Below, piece by piece: positions 1 through 13,244 of a DNA stretch of 64,000 bases. This stretch comes from Eledone cirrhosa (Eukaryota). The stretch's first letter is position 1. Every line of letters starts with the position of its first letter. The notes beneath the pieces were generated by a model. It was given only the letters and a program-made list of their open reading frames with translations. It searched no databases and was not told the origin of the DNA. The position numbers and the translations under genes were made by a program. Location: assembly GCA_964016885.1 (NCBI GenBank), contig OZ024740.1, positions 127,224,001-127,288,000 of the forward strand, written 5' to 3'.

Positions 1-1560
1 GAAGCCACGTCTCTAAAATTTGGTATTTTTGTCTTTCCCCGGGGTTTTCCATTTGCTGGATTTTCTAAGAGTTAAACGTAGATGTACAAATGTTATATTT
101 TCCCATGTTTGTTGCTGAAGGTGTAATGTATCATTCATTTGTCTGTCTATCTATGGAGCATGTATATATTGAACTTTTTCTTCGACCAAGATATTTGTTC
201 CGGAATTCTTTCAATTCTTCCTTGGATGGTATTGATTTAGCAGTTATTGTTGACTTGTCAAATTTTCTGTAGAAATTCTTTCTTTTTTGGTTGTTTTTTA
301 ACATGTTATTGTCCCTATAGAATCTAGAGCGTTTTTGAAAGCGCCTTATACGAGCAGCTTTGGACGACACTTTTTGCTTGATTGTTTCTATCAGCATGTC
401 TATGTCGCTTGCTGATTTTATATTATATTTTATTTTCAATTTTCTAAGTTTAGTTTGTTTAACATCTTCACCTACTTTGTAGTTTGCTAAAATTTCTATG
501 TCAGATCGAAGAAGGTTTATTTGGCGAATGATGTTCTCTTGCCAAGTAAATTTTTTGTGAGAATTCCTTTGCTTTTTCATTTTCACTCCACATAAGTGAG
601 TGGTAACTTTAGTCGATGCATAATACAGATGATTTAGTTCAGTAGTATTTAATTTATTTGTGGTGATAATGTCTTTATGAGCTATGCGTGTCTTGCGTAT
701 TATCCTCTGGTTTTGTTTGAAGTTCGGGATATCGTCCTTCCATGTTAGATTCATCCATTCGATCATAATTTCATTCTTTAGGTTGGCGAGTTAATTTGCA
801 TTAATTTCTTTATAATTGATGATCTCTTCATTGTTTTCATTTTGCGTTTCATCTTGAACATGCACTCTTTCCACTTTTTCGAACTTTCATTAATTTTTCT
901 GCTGTCAGTGATTCCACCCCTAGTGATTCCGGATTTAAGGTGTTACAATTTACTTCGTTTTTACTGACACGGTTCATTTTCCCTTCAATGTATTTGCACT
1001 AATTGCTTGATCTTATCAAGTTTCTTCGTACATTAGCTAGTTTGTCACTGTCAATATAATCGTTGTCTTCAGTATGTTTCTTTTTCCAGTGATATATGAT
1101 TGTTCTCTATTCGATCTGTTTGATCGGCAATACATGGCAGTGTAAAAAGCCTCAAGGACATCTGTATTGTCTTCCCGTGAAAATGTTTCTCTCTTTTTCT
1201 TTGGATTTCTTCGTGGTGAGCATGGAGGGACATCAGTTGAAGTATTTCGGTTATGGAAGGTCTGCAGCTCCGCATTGATAGGAAAGTTTGAACCATTAGC
1301 TGATTTTTCGACCCTAGACTGGTTCCTCTCTGAGGGACGCTGCTCTTGTTGACCCGACAGACGACCGATCCGGTATGAGTTTTTATTATTTGACATTGGA
1401 TTTATTTTGTTGCGTTTTATCCCTAACCGCCAAGGGATATTCATTTTGAGTGACCACTCCTAGGACGAATGTCAACCAAATCTAGAGAGTTCGTCCTCTC
1501 CCTGAGACGGGGCTATTTCCCACTGTCCACCGACCCGGTATTTCTTGGTCACAGGTATTT
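1..1560 (-). mobile_element. R4/Dong-like non-LTR retrotransposon, diverged family A copy (A'), 5' part only; continues past window start
   Basis: ORF pieces 1037-1444 and 131-766 align with the N-terminus of the family A ORF (SYRIGR..RPSERNQ..KKKRE..SREDN; LNHLYYAS..IETIKQKVS). 5' UTR matches 35695-35835. Bounded by (TTA)n at ~1567-1579. Frameshifted. Confidence 0.9.
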
Positions 1561-1580
1561 GTTTTGTTATTATTATTATA

Positions 1581-2345
1581 AGCGGTGGATTGGCAGTATC
1601 GGTAGAGGGTCGGACGCCATGCTTTGCAGCATAGAGTTACGGCTCTGATCCCGCCGAGGTTAACTTTGCCGAGGTTAACTTTGCCGAGGTTAACTTTGCC
1701 GAGGTTAACTTTGCCTTTCATTCTTATGGGGTCGATGAAATAAAGTACTAGTCACGCACTGGAGTCGATTTAATCGACTTTCACCTCCCCCCAAATTACT
1801 GGCCTTGTGTCTATATAAGAAACCATTATTATAAGCGGTGGATTGGCAGTATCGGTAGAGGGTCGGACGCCATGCTTTGCAGCATAGAGTTACGGCTCTG
1901 ATCCCGCCGAGGTTAACTTTGCCGAGGTTAACTTTGCCGAGGTTAACTTTGCCTTTCATTCTTATGGGGTCGATGAAATAAAGTACTAGTCACGCACTGG
2001 AGTCGATTTAATCGACTTTCACCTCCCCCCAAATTACTGGCCTTGTGTCTATATAAGAAACCATTATTAAAAGCGGTGGATTGGCAGTATCGGTAGAGGG
2101 TCGGACGCCATGCTTTGACGTATTGAGTTACATCCCTTGCAATTCTGAGTTCAAATCCCGTCGAGGTTAACTTTGTCTTTCATCCTTACGGGGTCGATAA
2201 AATACAGTGCCAGTAATGAACTGGACAATTGCTGGCCTTGTGTCGAACGTAGAAACAATTATTATAAATGTTTCCTGTGTGGCTAATAAATAAATCATTA
2301 TTATAATATAATTGCTGGCCTTGTGCCAAAAGTAGAAACAATTAT
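1581..2345 (+). mobile_element. Three head-to-tail tRNA-derived SINE copies (starts 1581, 1834, 2072) plus tail fragments
   Basis: A-box-like TGGCAGTATCGG; B-box GAGTTCAAATCC (intact only in unit 3); core TTTGCCTTTCATCCTTNCGGGGTCGATAAAATAAAGTAC resembling the MetaSINE central domain; tail GGCCTTGTG...AGAAAC followed by short TTA repeats. Confidence 0.85.
1653..1712 (+). repeat. 15-bp tandem repeat GCCGAGGTTAACTTT x4 inside SINE unit 1 (x3 at 1906-1950 in unit 2)
   Basis: Direct reading. It accounts for the 253 vs 238 bp unit spacing. Confidence 0.95.
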
Positions 2346-2355
2346 TATAATATAC

Positions 2356-3125
2356 ATGTGGCCACTGTTGATGTTGCCTTTGTGAGTGTTATTGTCGGCT
2401 GTGAGGGTGGTACTAAGGCTTTTTTCGGAGGAGGGAGGGAGTTCTATTGTTGGTGGAGGACATACGTGTCATTGTAACTGTTAATGTTGAGATGTTCAAA
2501 ATGTCATTTTAACCGGGTCACTATGTCAGTTTATTTATATCTTGTTCAAGCTTCTTCCTTTCTAGACTCGTCTAGTGTTACTGCGACCTTCCCTCTCCTC
2601 AGCAAATTTGATGGCTTCTTTTCTTAAGTTAACAGAAGATAGTGAGGTGGGGGTTAGTAGTTGGTGGCAATGATGGAGTGGTGGTGGCGATGGAGTAGTG
2701 GTGGCAGTGGAGAAGGAGTAGTGGTACTGTAGTAAGGGCGTTGTTGATGCTGTTGGTTTGTCTCGGCTAAATGTTGCAGTAATTGAAATGTGATGTTTTG
2801 TTTGTTTTTTATTTGTTAGTTATTTGTTTTTGTCTGTGTTCTGTTTGTGGTTCGTTACTTATATTTAATATACTGGTTGACTTCCTTCCTTCATATTTGA
2901 ACTAAACATTTTGAGAAAACTTCAGATACAATAATAATAATTATTATTATTATGCTGGGATTGGTGGTGGTGGTGAAATTGCCGTTATTTGGCTGTGGTT
3001 TTTAATGTACTCAGAGGGGTTTTCTTCCATTTGTAAACATTTTCTTTGCTCGCGAGAGCAAAGTGTGATGCCTTATTTCCCATTTGCAATAAAAATGATT
3101 ATATCACAATTGTTTTAAATATTAT
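2356..3125 (-). repeat. Non-coding/decayed leader module related to 35840-36770, 50710-51210 and 54553-55153
   Basis: Shared motifs: ACCGGGTCA..GTCA.T.TATTTATATC, GTTAACAG, (GGT)n tracts, TTTTCTTCCATTT and AA.AAT.ATT.T.TCACAATTG. Confidence 0.6.
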
Positions 3126-3136
3126 TATCATTATAT

Positions 3137-3748
3137 TGAAGTGCCGTCAGCTGGGTCTGCCCGAGACACGCGTCGAAAGACGAGTGTTCCTGCACACACT
3201 CGTCCATTGCATCGCTGACAAGTGGGTTTATATCGAACATCTGCTGTCGCGTTTAGGACAGATCCGTCTATCAGCTGAGTCTATAGTGAAGATTGCCAGG
3301 CCACCCCCCTTTAACAGGAGGGGCTGGAGTTTTTTATCTGTCTGGTGGCCATGATAAAAGAGGTCGTATGGTAGAGGTATCTAATGGGTTGAAGACGGAC
3401 ATTTTCCCTTTCGGTGACGCCCTCATTAACCTTTTCAGGTTTCACCGAAAAGGAAAATCAGTCTGGAGAGTGAAGTACTGCCTTCCAGGCGGTTTGTTGA
3501 AATGTGGATGAGAGAAGCAAATAGAGCCCTTGCCCTAGCGGTCAGGGTGACCGTGGCTTTTTGCGGGCTTTCTCCATGAGTGACCCTCGGAAGCCTCCCC
3601 CTATTGGGGAATTTTCTTTTGTTTCTATTTTTGTTATTTCCTTTGATATTGTTTTTCTTTACACGGAGAAATGCCCATTTGAACCGTCTTATGCTGTCCT
3701 TAATGTTATAATTTATGTTGACCATTGTGATTAATAAAGAAAGCATTA
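3137..3748 (+). mobile_element. 5'-truncated, diverged Tx1-like LINE (family C-like): ORF2 C-terminus and 3' UTR
   Basis: WVYIEHLLSRLGQIRLSAESIVKIA and FGDALINLFRFH match 24780-25200. Ends ATTAATAAAGAAAGC then TTA repeats; preceded by a short ATT tract. Confidence 0.9.
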
Positions 3749-3766
3749 TTAATTTTACTATTATTA

Positions 3767-4265
3767 TGGTTAACTTTGCCTTTCATCCTTTCGGGGTCGA
3801 TAAAATAAAGCACCAGTAATACATTAGGATAATTGCTGGCCTTGTGCCAAAAGTAGAAGCAGGCAGTATCGGTAAAGGGTCGGGCGCCATGCTTTGCAAC
3901 ATGGAGTTACGACCCTTTACAGTTTGAGTTCAAATCCCGCCGAGGTTAACTTTGCCTTTCATCCTTATCGGGTCGATAAAATAAAGTACCAGTAATGGAA
4001 TGGGATTATTGCTGGCCTTGTGCCAAAAGTAGAAACAATTATTATTATTATCATTAATATAAGGACGGTTGATTGGCAGTATAGATAAAGCGTTGGTGGA
4101 TACACTGCTTCGCAGCATAGATTTACGGCCCTTTAAGTAATGTTTTTAAATCCCACCGAGCTTAGCTTTGCCTTTTATCCTTAAGAGGTCGACAAAAGCA
4201 CCAGTAATACACTGAAGTCGATTTAATCGACTTTCCCCTCAGCAAAAATTGTCTTGTGGCTAAAT
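3767..4265 (+). mobile_element. Cluster of SINE copies (partial 3767-3860, 3862-4045, 4063-4265)
   Basis: Same A/B-box, core and GGCCTTGTGCCAAAAGTAGAAAC tail as 1581-2345. Confidence 0.85.
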
Positions 4266-5139
4266 CACATTATTATTATTAGTATCATTGTTGTTGTTGT
4301 TATTAACATTTTTATTCGTTCACAGTTGATGACTCACTCCATCATTCCTCAAATTTTGCAAACATGTTTTAGCAAAATTTTTCCTGCATCTACACATTTG
4401 TGTGTTTATTGGCGTATGCGTATGTGTGTGCAAGTGAGTGTGCATTTGTGATATTGTTTTCAAAGTAGCAATTACGAAAAAAGAAATGAGGAAATATAAA
4501 ACGGTGATTTTATAATTACACATTGCTTCCACAGTACTTTTTAACCTAGCCCATCAATAACACAAATTCAATCCAAATTGGCGACAAAGAAATGAGACAG
4601 TAGCGCTATGCTACATCACTTTGATATTATGCTTTCTTGTTGAAAAAGATTTATATATGAAAATACGCCTAAGACCTTTGCCATTGGCAGCATATGACAT
4701 TTCCACGGTGGCGCGCCTACAAAGTCAGTATTCTTCGTGTAGTATTATATTAATGGGACGATTAGAGCTATTTTGTTTTTAACGTTTACTTTTATTCAAT
4801 AAAATTATTTATTTCGATTCGCATAATCTGTTTCTTGTAGACAGCTGGTGTTAACTACCTTAGAAATATGCAGTTCCTTTCATAAAATACAGCTGTAAAT
4901 ATTTAACATAACAAAACGGATTAAAAGACAAACATATGCTGTAGGACGCACTCGCTGGAAGACAAGCGTCTCCTAAATAACAATCTTTGCGTTAATATAT
5001 GTATATGTTATATATGTATGTGCACACGTTTTAGCGTTTGTGTGTATGTGTCCACTTAAAAAAAGTATCATAATAACATTATGTTGTCTTAATGTTTTCT
5101 TTTTGTTACCAAATTCCTCATTTAAGTCACTTCAACGTA

Positions 5140-6860
5140 AGATCTAGTTAAGACTCGACCATACATGTCTATGGGAGACTTCAATGCATATATTGGCACA
5201 GGCAACCTGATATATATAAACAAGTGATTAGACGGGTAGGCAATCCCGATCAAAATGTAAATGGAGAGGCCGTATAAAATTCTGTAATGGGCTCTCTATT
5301 TCTTCAATAACAAAGACACCCATAAATACACATGACATAAAGGGTATCCGAGACAGATGAATAATTGAATTTCTGTGCTGTATAATCATGTTAAAAGAGG
5401 GGCTGAGATTCTACCTGATAAACATCTAGGTATCTGTAGCCTAAGGCTACAATAAAGCCAAAAATATATTTAAAAGAAACTTACTGATCCAGCTGAACTT
5501 ACAAGATGAATTGGGAAGTACTGACTGATAAGAAAACCAGGGACTGGCAATTAAGGAACTGAAATGTGGCAAGGCCGCTGGAGATGATGGAATTCGGCCC
5601 AAGATGGTAAGAGCCTTAAATAAAGAAGGTACTCTCTGACTCATTAGTGCCTATCGAGTGGCTTGGATCTCTGGAAAGCAACGGTAATCGGGTGTGATAA
5701 TTCCAATTTCAAAACGGAAGACAAGAAAGATTACTGTACTAACAGAGGGATTTATTTGTTAAGCATCCTCGGTAATGTCTATGCAAAGTGACTGGCAAAG
5801 AGATGCAAGGTGTTCGTTGAGTCCAAGCTGTGAATGTGTGGATTTCACTTGGAACGCGAGACCACCTACTAAATATTAACGCTGGGGCAGATTTTCGAGA
5901 ATTCACGGGAGTACCTCCAAAAAATGAATGCTTGTTTCATAGAGCTAGACAAAGCATATGATGGCATCCCACGGTACATATTGCGGACTTTTCTGCATGA
6001 GTCATTGCACAGCTTCTTTTGCCTTGAATTCTCTTTACTAAGGCCCTAATATTTGTGTTCGGATAAATAGTGCTAATTCGAAAGAATTCAACGCTTGTGT
6101 CAGATCCCGCCAAGTATGCGTACTGTCACTGCGTTGTTTATAGTATTCATGAACAGGTTTGATATGCACAGGCGTTTTGGAAGTGGTATCTAGACTGGCG
6201 AGTCAGCCATCTCGAAATTGCGAACGACAGCATAATTTACATCGATAGAAGGTAATTTCCGACATGCATATGGTAGGTTTGCTGTCGAGTCTTGCATTAC
6301 AGGAATTAAAATCAGCGTTGTGGAGACTGAGTCACGTCCTCTTTAGGAAATCTGCACAGTGCACTCTATACATGAATGGAGTTGCTAGGAGGCTGATGTA
6401 TAATTTTAAGTGTCTCTGTGCCATATTAAACAAATTGATGGAGCTGGTTCCACAATGGACCAGCGTCATTATTCGCTCATTAGAAGTAAAGCAGGTTCAA
6501 AAGCCAAAGAAGCTATTTGCGATTCAGTAATTAGTGTCAAACATTACCTACGGTCATGAATCTTGGATAATGGCCGAAGGAATACCAGCGCGTATACACG
6601 CGTGTGATATGGGGTTCGTTAGAGGGATTGCGTAGATCAGATATCACATTTTGTTCCAGGGAGAGCGGCTACTTCTACGAATTTACAGATCACAGCTATG
6701 ACATTACGGACATGGTGTCTAAGGTAAGAGTTGATGGACAGATCTCACGGGAAAAATCAACTGGCAGGAGACACATTTGTAAACCCCCAAGCAGCTGTCT
6801 TCACTTGGGGATTCAACCCGGATCATTTAGAAAGGGATATTTCTGATATGAACCGGTGGA
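5140..6860 (+). pseudogene. Heavily decayed RTE-clade LINE (end of APE domain and RT)
   Basis: Fragmentary plus-strand translation gives GDFNA (~5174), AIKELKCGKAAGDDGIRPKM (~5548), NRGIYLLSILGNVYAK, FIELDKAYD and TYGHESWIM, which are typical RTE RT motifs. Many stops and frameshifts. Confidence 0.75.
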
Positions 6861-7052
6861 AGAAGTGCTTGTGAATTATGCCTACAGTCTCTTTAGAATT
6901 ATGTGGGCAAAGAATAAGTAGAAATTATATATACTGTCCTCTACGCGAGCATATATATGTTTGCTGAACATATTTCTCAGCAGAAATATAAAAGCATATA
7001 ATATTTTAGATAAAGAGAAAACTTTCCACCTTAACGTATATAATTACTTTTG

Positions 7053-7057
<5 letters not shown>

Positions 7058-7085
<28 letters not shown>

Positions 7086-7287
7086 CGTGTTTGTGCGTGT
7101 GCGTGTGTGTCTGTGTGTGTGTGTCTGTGTGTGTGTGTGTGTGGGTGTGGGTGTGGGTGCGCGCGCGCGCGCGTGTGTGTGTGTGCGTATGTGTGTATGT
7201 GTTTATGTGTGTGTGTGTGTGTATGCGTGTGTGTGTGTGTGTGTGCGTATGTGTGTGTGTGTATACGTATCTGTGTGGGTGTGTGTG

Positions 7288-7323
<36 letters not shown>
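7058..7323. repeat. Compound (AT)n/(GT)n microsatellite
   Basis: Direct reading. Confidence 0.97.
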
Positions 7324-7326
<3 letters not shown>

Positions 7327-8450
7327 CCAGTGGGTGTAACTAGGAATTACTGCAGGTTCACCCGGGTGAGCACTCGATGTTTAGGCTCACTTCTGTGATG
7401 ATGTGTAGAGCTATACAGAGTGTAAAATATAGAAAGGATAAAAAGGACGATTGATTATTCCTTCATTGCATTTATTGATAGGTGACGCGCGTTTCGCCAC
7501 TGATCAGCTCAAGGTTCGATCTATATCGATCCTACCCGACTCAATAATCGGCAGCTCGACGGACCCTCGTAAAATGCTATAAGAAAATGAAATACATGCT
7601 ATGTGGTAAAGTCAGAGTTTCAAGAGTTTGACAAAATGAGTTGTTTTGATTGGTGAAAAGGATCAAGGCGATGTACTGGCCTGTAGTGTATATGGGGGTG
7701 ATGGTGAGATGTTGGTGACGGTCTGTGGATGAGGTGGGCTGTGATGTGGTGGTGGGTTGGCCTTGGCGTGTAGAGTATGTGGGGGTGGATGTGATGATAT
7801 GGTGGTGGTTATGGTTATTTAGTGGGATGGGCTGTGGTATGAGGTTAGTGAATTGTCAGTAGACGGGTTGGCGTGTGGTTGGGGGTGTGGTAGTGGTGCC
7901 TTTGTCTATGGTAGCGGCGTTTGTGGTGGTGTGGTGATGTATTTGTGACGTCAGATCCTTACATAGATACATAGTTAGACGCTCTTCGTCTGACAGATAC
8001 CTTGTATATACGTATACGTACACACATATGTATATATGTGCACATATATTGTTGTATAAACGCACACAACATAAAACACATACGCACAAAACAACTCATT
8101 TTGTCAAACTCTTGAAACTCTGACTTTACCACATAGCATGTATTTCATTTTCTTATAGCATTTTAAGAGGGTCCGTCGAGCTGCCGATTATTGAGTCGGG
8201 TAGGATCGATATAGATCGAACCTTGCGCTGATCAGTGGCGAAACGCGCGTCACCTATCAATAAATGCAATGAAGGAATAATCAATCGTCCTTTTTATCCT
8301 TTCTATATTTTACACTCTGTATAGCTCTACACATCATCACAGAAGTGAACCTAAACATCGAGTTCTCACCCGGGTGAACCTGCAGTAACTCCTAGTTATA
8401 CCCACTGGATATTTAGCTCCTTTATTTGTCGAGCGCTTACACGGAACACC

Positions 8451-10930
8451 ATGGAATTGTTCTACAACATTTCCTCCCTAAAGGACATTCCTTTGCCTTC
8501 GGAAGATGTCTACATGGACCTATTACTAAAGCAGACAAACAATTTCATCAGGTGGATCCGTTGGAGGGCCTACCACTACAACAACAGGAGGGCCCCTGGA
8601 TCAATTAACAATCCCACCAACCACATATAAAGACTTTTCAAATCAACGAAAAACCCACCGCACAACCCACTCCTTGAGGAATTTGAGAGCAGGATCATTA
8701 CCATGATCCGGAAAATTAGATTCAGGAAACCACCGCGAAACCCTGACAGAAGTGCATTCCTGTTCGGACTCGCCTCTACCTTAAACATGATCAAGAATAT
8801 CACTGGGATTATTGTACCAGCGGATAAAACTGGAAACCTATATAACTTAGAGTACAAAACCTACAACAAATGCATTACAAACGAAATCTCTAAAATATAC
8901 AAACCATCAACACGAGAAAACCTAGCACACATAAATAAACAGGCGAAATCAATAATGACCGAACTGAGTATTGACGACAGGACCTTTCCTTACAACCCTA
9001 GGACACCGAGAATATCCATTAAAGGCTATAAACCAGACTTCCAGTCAAAACTAGCGGTCAGGCTCATAGCCCCCTCCAAATCGGACCTTGGTAGACTTAG
9101 CAAATCAATCATTGACTGAATCTTACCTGAACTTAAGATTAGAACTAAACTCAGCCTATGGTCTTGTACAAAGGAGGTAATAGACTGGTTTTGTGCCATT
9201 GAAACTAAGTCGAATGTTCGAACTACTACGCATCTATATCCCCAATCATCCTTAACAAGGCACTGATCTCAGCCATGAACAGATCAAGCCTAACTAGAAG
9301 AGAAGTAGACATAATAATAACAGCTAGGAAAACTTTACTAGAATTCGACGGTAGACTTTGTGAACGACAGAATAGACAAGATAGCTTCGACATCACCATG
9401 GGATCGACTGACTCGGCACAGGTTACAGATGTAGTAGGCATATACCTCCTAAACATATTAACGGACGAGATCCCCTCCTTGGGCGGTGGCTTATACCGGG
9501 ATGATGCCTTACTAATGACCCGTGAACTCAATAACAGCCAACTGAATAGAATACACAAACGACTTAGGTACATCTTTAAGACCCAAGGTTTAGCAGTAGA
9601 AATTGAACCTACCAATAGGACAGTTAACTTCTTAGACGTCACCCTAGAATTACCGTCCATACCACAAATCTAATGAAAATCTTAGATACGTCAATAGACA
9701 CTCCAACCACCCTAAGGGCATAATTAACTCTATAGTTAAAAGTGTCTCCAACAGTGTCCATACTGTCGGCCAACGAAAACATCTTCAAGCAGCACGCGGA
9801 ATACTATGACTCCGCACTTATAAACGCTGGTTATACTGAGAAGATTTCTTACATCGACCCTAATAGAACCGCAACCTAGCTAAACATAGCAGGGCCCTTA
9901 AAAACGAACTTAGAAGAAACCTCCACACATAGGACACACAATAACCTTAGACGCCCCCTAGCCGGCAGCGCAGACAGCACCACTCTCCAGCCATACTCTC
10001 CAGCCCCAATAACAACTCCGACTATCGCACACGTTTGCGTACCAATAGAGACAAGGAACATAACGCTAATAGATTACCTGGAACCTATTTGAAACACACG
10101 CCTGACCAAAACACACACAAACTCACTAAACAACGCATAAACCGAAGTAGACCTGTCACGTGGTATAACGCCCTCTATTCTATACACGTCGCCACTAACA
10201 TACCGGGAACAATTTTCAGGGCCCTTGAACAATCTTTCCACACACACACAAATACCACAAGCTCTTCAATAAACACACCGTAAAATTCTCTTTCTCCACA
10301 GCACCAAACCTAGGCCACACAATAATAGGGCAAAAATACAAAAACACATGGGTTCCCCCCAACAAACCACCACCACAACCCAGAACGAAACCACACACAC
10401 AACACAACAACACACACACCACACCAACACCGCACGACACCAACCACCAACGTTGCACCGCACCGGTTACTCCCAAATGCAACTGCAAAAAACGAGACGA
10501 ATGCCCACTAAACGGGAAGTGCCTCGATAAGAATATTGTTTACCGGTGCGATGTCACTGCCGGCAATAAGGAGTACTCATATATAGGTGCGACATCCACT
10601 ACGTTTAAGGAGCGCTGGTATAACCACAGAAGCTCCTTCAAACATAGATCGAAACGACCCCAACCAAAACTGGCCGATCTGATCTGGGACCTCAAGGACA
10701 GGAATATTGAACCCCGGATCTCGTGGTCAGTAAAAAGACGTGTGGCATACATCCCCAGTGACAGAAACCACTGCAGATTGTGCCTAGCTGAGGCGGCGGA
10801 AATAATTAAAGTTGATTCCGCCATAAACTATAGGTCGGACATAATTGTCAATTGCAGACACACTAGGATGCACACCTTTTCTGCACAAACTTTCGCGGGA
10901 AGACCACGCACTAACCATGACCCACCATAA
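8451..10930 (+). pseudogene. Penelope-like RT + GIY-YIG endonuclease ORF, disrupted
   Basis: RWIRWRAY; PADKTGNLY; RLIAPSKSDLGRLSK; FDITMGSTDSAQVTDVVG; GGLYRDD; VNFLDVTL; SNHP; CNCKKRDECPLNGKC linker; IVYRC..YIGATSTTFKERWYNHRSSF; CRLCLAE; CRH. Confidence 0.9.
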
Positions 10931-11886
10931 TAATAACCACACCTGCCCCGTATCGCCCATCTCAACGAACTTTAATTCTAATCTAACTCCACTTTATCTT
11001 ATTTCATTTCATTGAATTTAACGATATGTAAGCCCGTATTTTGTATATCATGCCGCATACATAACCCACACCAAAAATCACACTAACCATGACACACCAT
11101 ATTAACAACCACCTTTACCCCGTCTCAACATCGCCCACCTCAATGAACTTATTGTATTGTACTCCATGTTACCATCTCTAAGCCCCCATTTGTATATCAT
11201 GCCGCACACATCACCATCACCACCACCAAAATTCACATCAACATACACACCTCATAGTTGCAACATCGTATTAAATCGGTATCCTATGATACGTTCTACC
11301 TTGCAATCCACAATGACAAGGGATCTTGTAAATACAATGTCGATCATATCACACCATCGCCACCACCAGCACACCACATATCGTCATGTGCATACCATAC
11401 ACGCCTACAACCTCATCCCCCCATGTTCCCTCTATCTACCCTAACCTACAACCTCACGCTAAATTCGACCCTGTAACTGTACTGTCGCACGCACACACAA
11501 CCACCGCCACCACTAAATACATCCACATACTTCAACAATCATTATCATTAACACCATCAACACATATCATCCCTCGCTCCCAAATCGACTGTATTATATA
11601 CCCCCCACCTCCGTCTGCCTATCATATAACACACCGTAACCTCTGATCATGTAATCATCTTGCCGAACATATCACTCCAGCACCACCACCATCACCATGT
11701 CCACAACACACATCGCCGTACGTCCATAAACGCTTTTCCCCCGCGTTCCCTATGTCACCTTTTAACCGGTATTCGATCCGGTATATATATTTTTGTCCCT
11801 CACAACTCCACCACCACCACCACAAAACACAACTCCATACTTCATCAACACCGACAAAATATACCTCCATTCCCCAACCAACAATA

Positions 11887-12620
11887 GTGTGTGTGTCTGT
11901 GTGTAAGTATTTTACTCATACGGGCGTTTTAAGTGTGCGTGCGTGTACGCACATTTATGTGTATGTGTGTATGTGTGTATGTGAACACATGTGTATGCAT
12001 ATGTCTATGTGTGTGTATGTATATATATCTGTGTATATATATGTGTATGTGTATGCATATGTGTATGTGTGTGTATATATGTATGTGTATGTATGTGTGT
12101 GTATGTGTACGTCTACATATATCTATATGGGTAAATCTGACTATGTGTAGGTGAGCTCATATATGTGCATGTATGTGTATATGTGCGTGTATGTGTGTGT
12201 TGTCGGTACATGTGTGTGTATATATATATATGTATATATATATGTATATATATATATATATATGTGTGAGTATACGTGTGTGCGAGTGTGTATGTGTATA
12301 TCTTGCATACATGAGTGTGAGTCCATGTGCCCATACCCATGTGTATGTATTTGTATGTATATATGTAAAACACCTTCTACATAGCCTCTCACCTTCCCCC
12401 CAATCTCTGTCGTTCGCCACCCCCACTGATGCCCCCACTCTCCATATTCGTGACCGCATGCGCACATACACACACATGTGTGTACATATACATATGGCTG
12501 TGTGTGAGCGTATGCCGATATGTGTGGGCAAGCATGTGCGTATGTGTTTTATGTTGTGTGTGTTTATACAACAATATATGTACACATATATACATATATG
12601 TGTGTGCGTATACGTATATA
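11887..12620. repeat. (GT)/(AT)/(GTAT) low-complexity tract within the Penelope 3' region
   Basis: Direct reading. Confidence 0.9.
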
Positions 12621-13244
12621 CAAGGTATCTGTCAGACGAAGAGCGTCTAACTATGTATCTATATAAGGACCTGACGCCACCAATTCATCCACCACACCCC
12701 CACCCATACGCCAACCCGTCTACTGACAATCCACTAACCTCATAACACAGCCCATCCCACTAAATAACCTTAACCACCACCATATCATCACATCCACCCC
12801 CACATACACTACACGCCAAGGCCAACCCACCACCATCACACCACAGCCCACCTCATCCACCGACCGTCACCAACATCTCACTATCACATCCACCCCTATA
12901 TACACTACAGGCCAGTACATCGCCTTGATCCTTCCCACCAATCAAAACAACTCATTTTGTCAAACTCTCGAAACTCTGACTTTACCACATAGCATGTATT
13001 TCATTTTCTTATAGCATTTTAAGAGGGTCCGTCGAGCTGCCGATTATTGAGTCGGGTAGGATCGATATAGATCGAACATTGAGCTGATCAGTGGCGAAAC
13101 GCGCGTCACCTATCAATAAATGCAATGAAGGAATAATCAATCGTCCTTTTTATCCTTTCTATATATATATGGATATATATATATATATATATATATATAC
13201 GATATTAAACAAATGGAAACTATATTTATAAAACAAACCATATT

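Larger units (their letters stand above)
7324..13166 (+). mobile_element. Penelope-like element (Naiad-type) with inverted 5' pseudo-LTR, partial direct pLTR, ORF and long 3' region
   Basis: 7324-7648 is the reverse complement of 8087-8411. 7649-8086 is the reverse complement of ~12535-12942. 12943-13164 directly repeats 8087-8308. RT and GIY-YIG ORF lies between. Flanked on both sides by (AT)n. Confidence 0.9.

Noticed and set aside
1653-1950. Short direct repeats resembling a CRISPR array
   Set aside because: No spacers, no cas genes and a eukaryotic context. It is a slippage repeat inside a SINE.
2072-2165. Functional tRNA genes at A/B-box motifs
   Set aside because: Spacing and downstream core and tail show SINE heads; I could not fold a cloverleaf.
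7050-7398. CV/YI-rich ORFs (also 11752-12745) and poly-L/F/Y/I/E/R ORFs at 15019-15414, 51189-51604 and 59966-60451
   Set aside because: Translations of microsatellites.
9117-9119. In-frame TGA in the Naiad-type ORF as possible selenocysteine (some Naiads encode selenoproteins)
   Set aside because: It falls in SKSIID*I, where Arg (CGA) is expected, so CpG decay explains it. The Cys motifs use TGC, other lesions are present and I saw no convincing SECIS.
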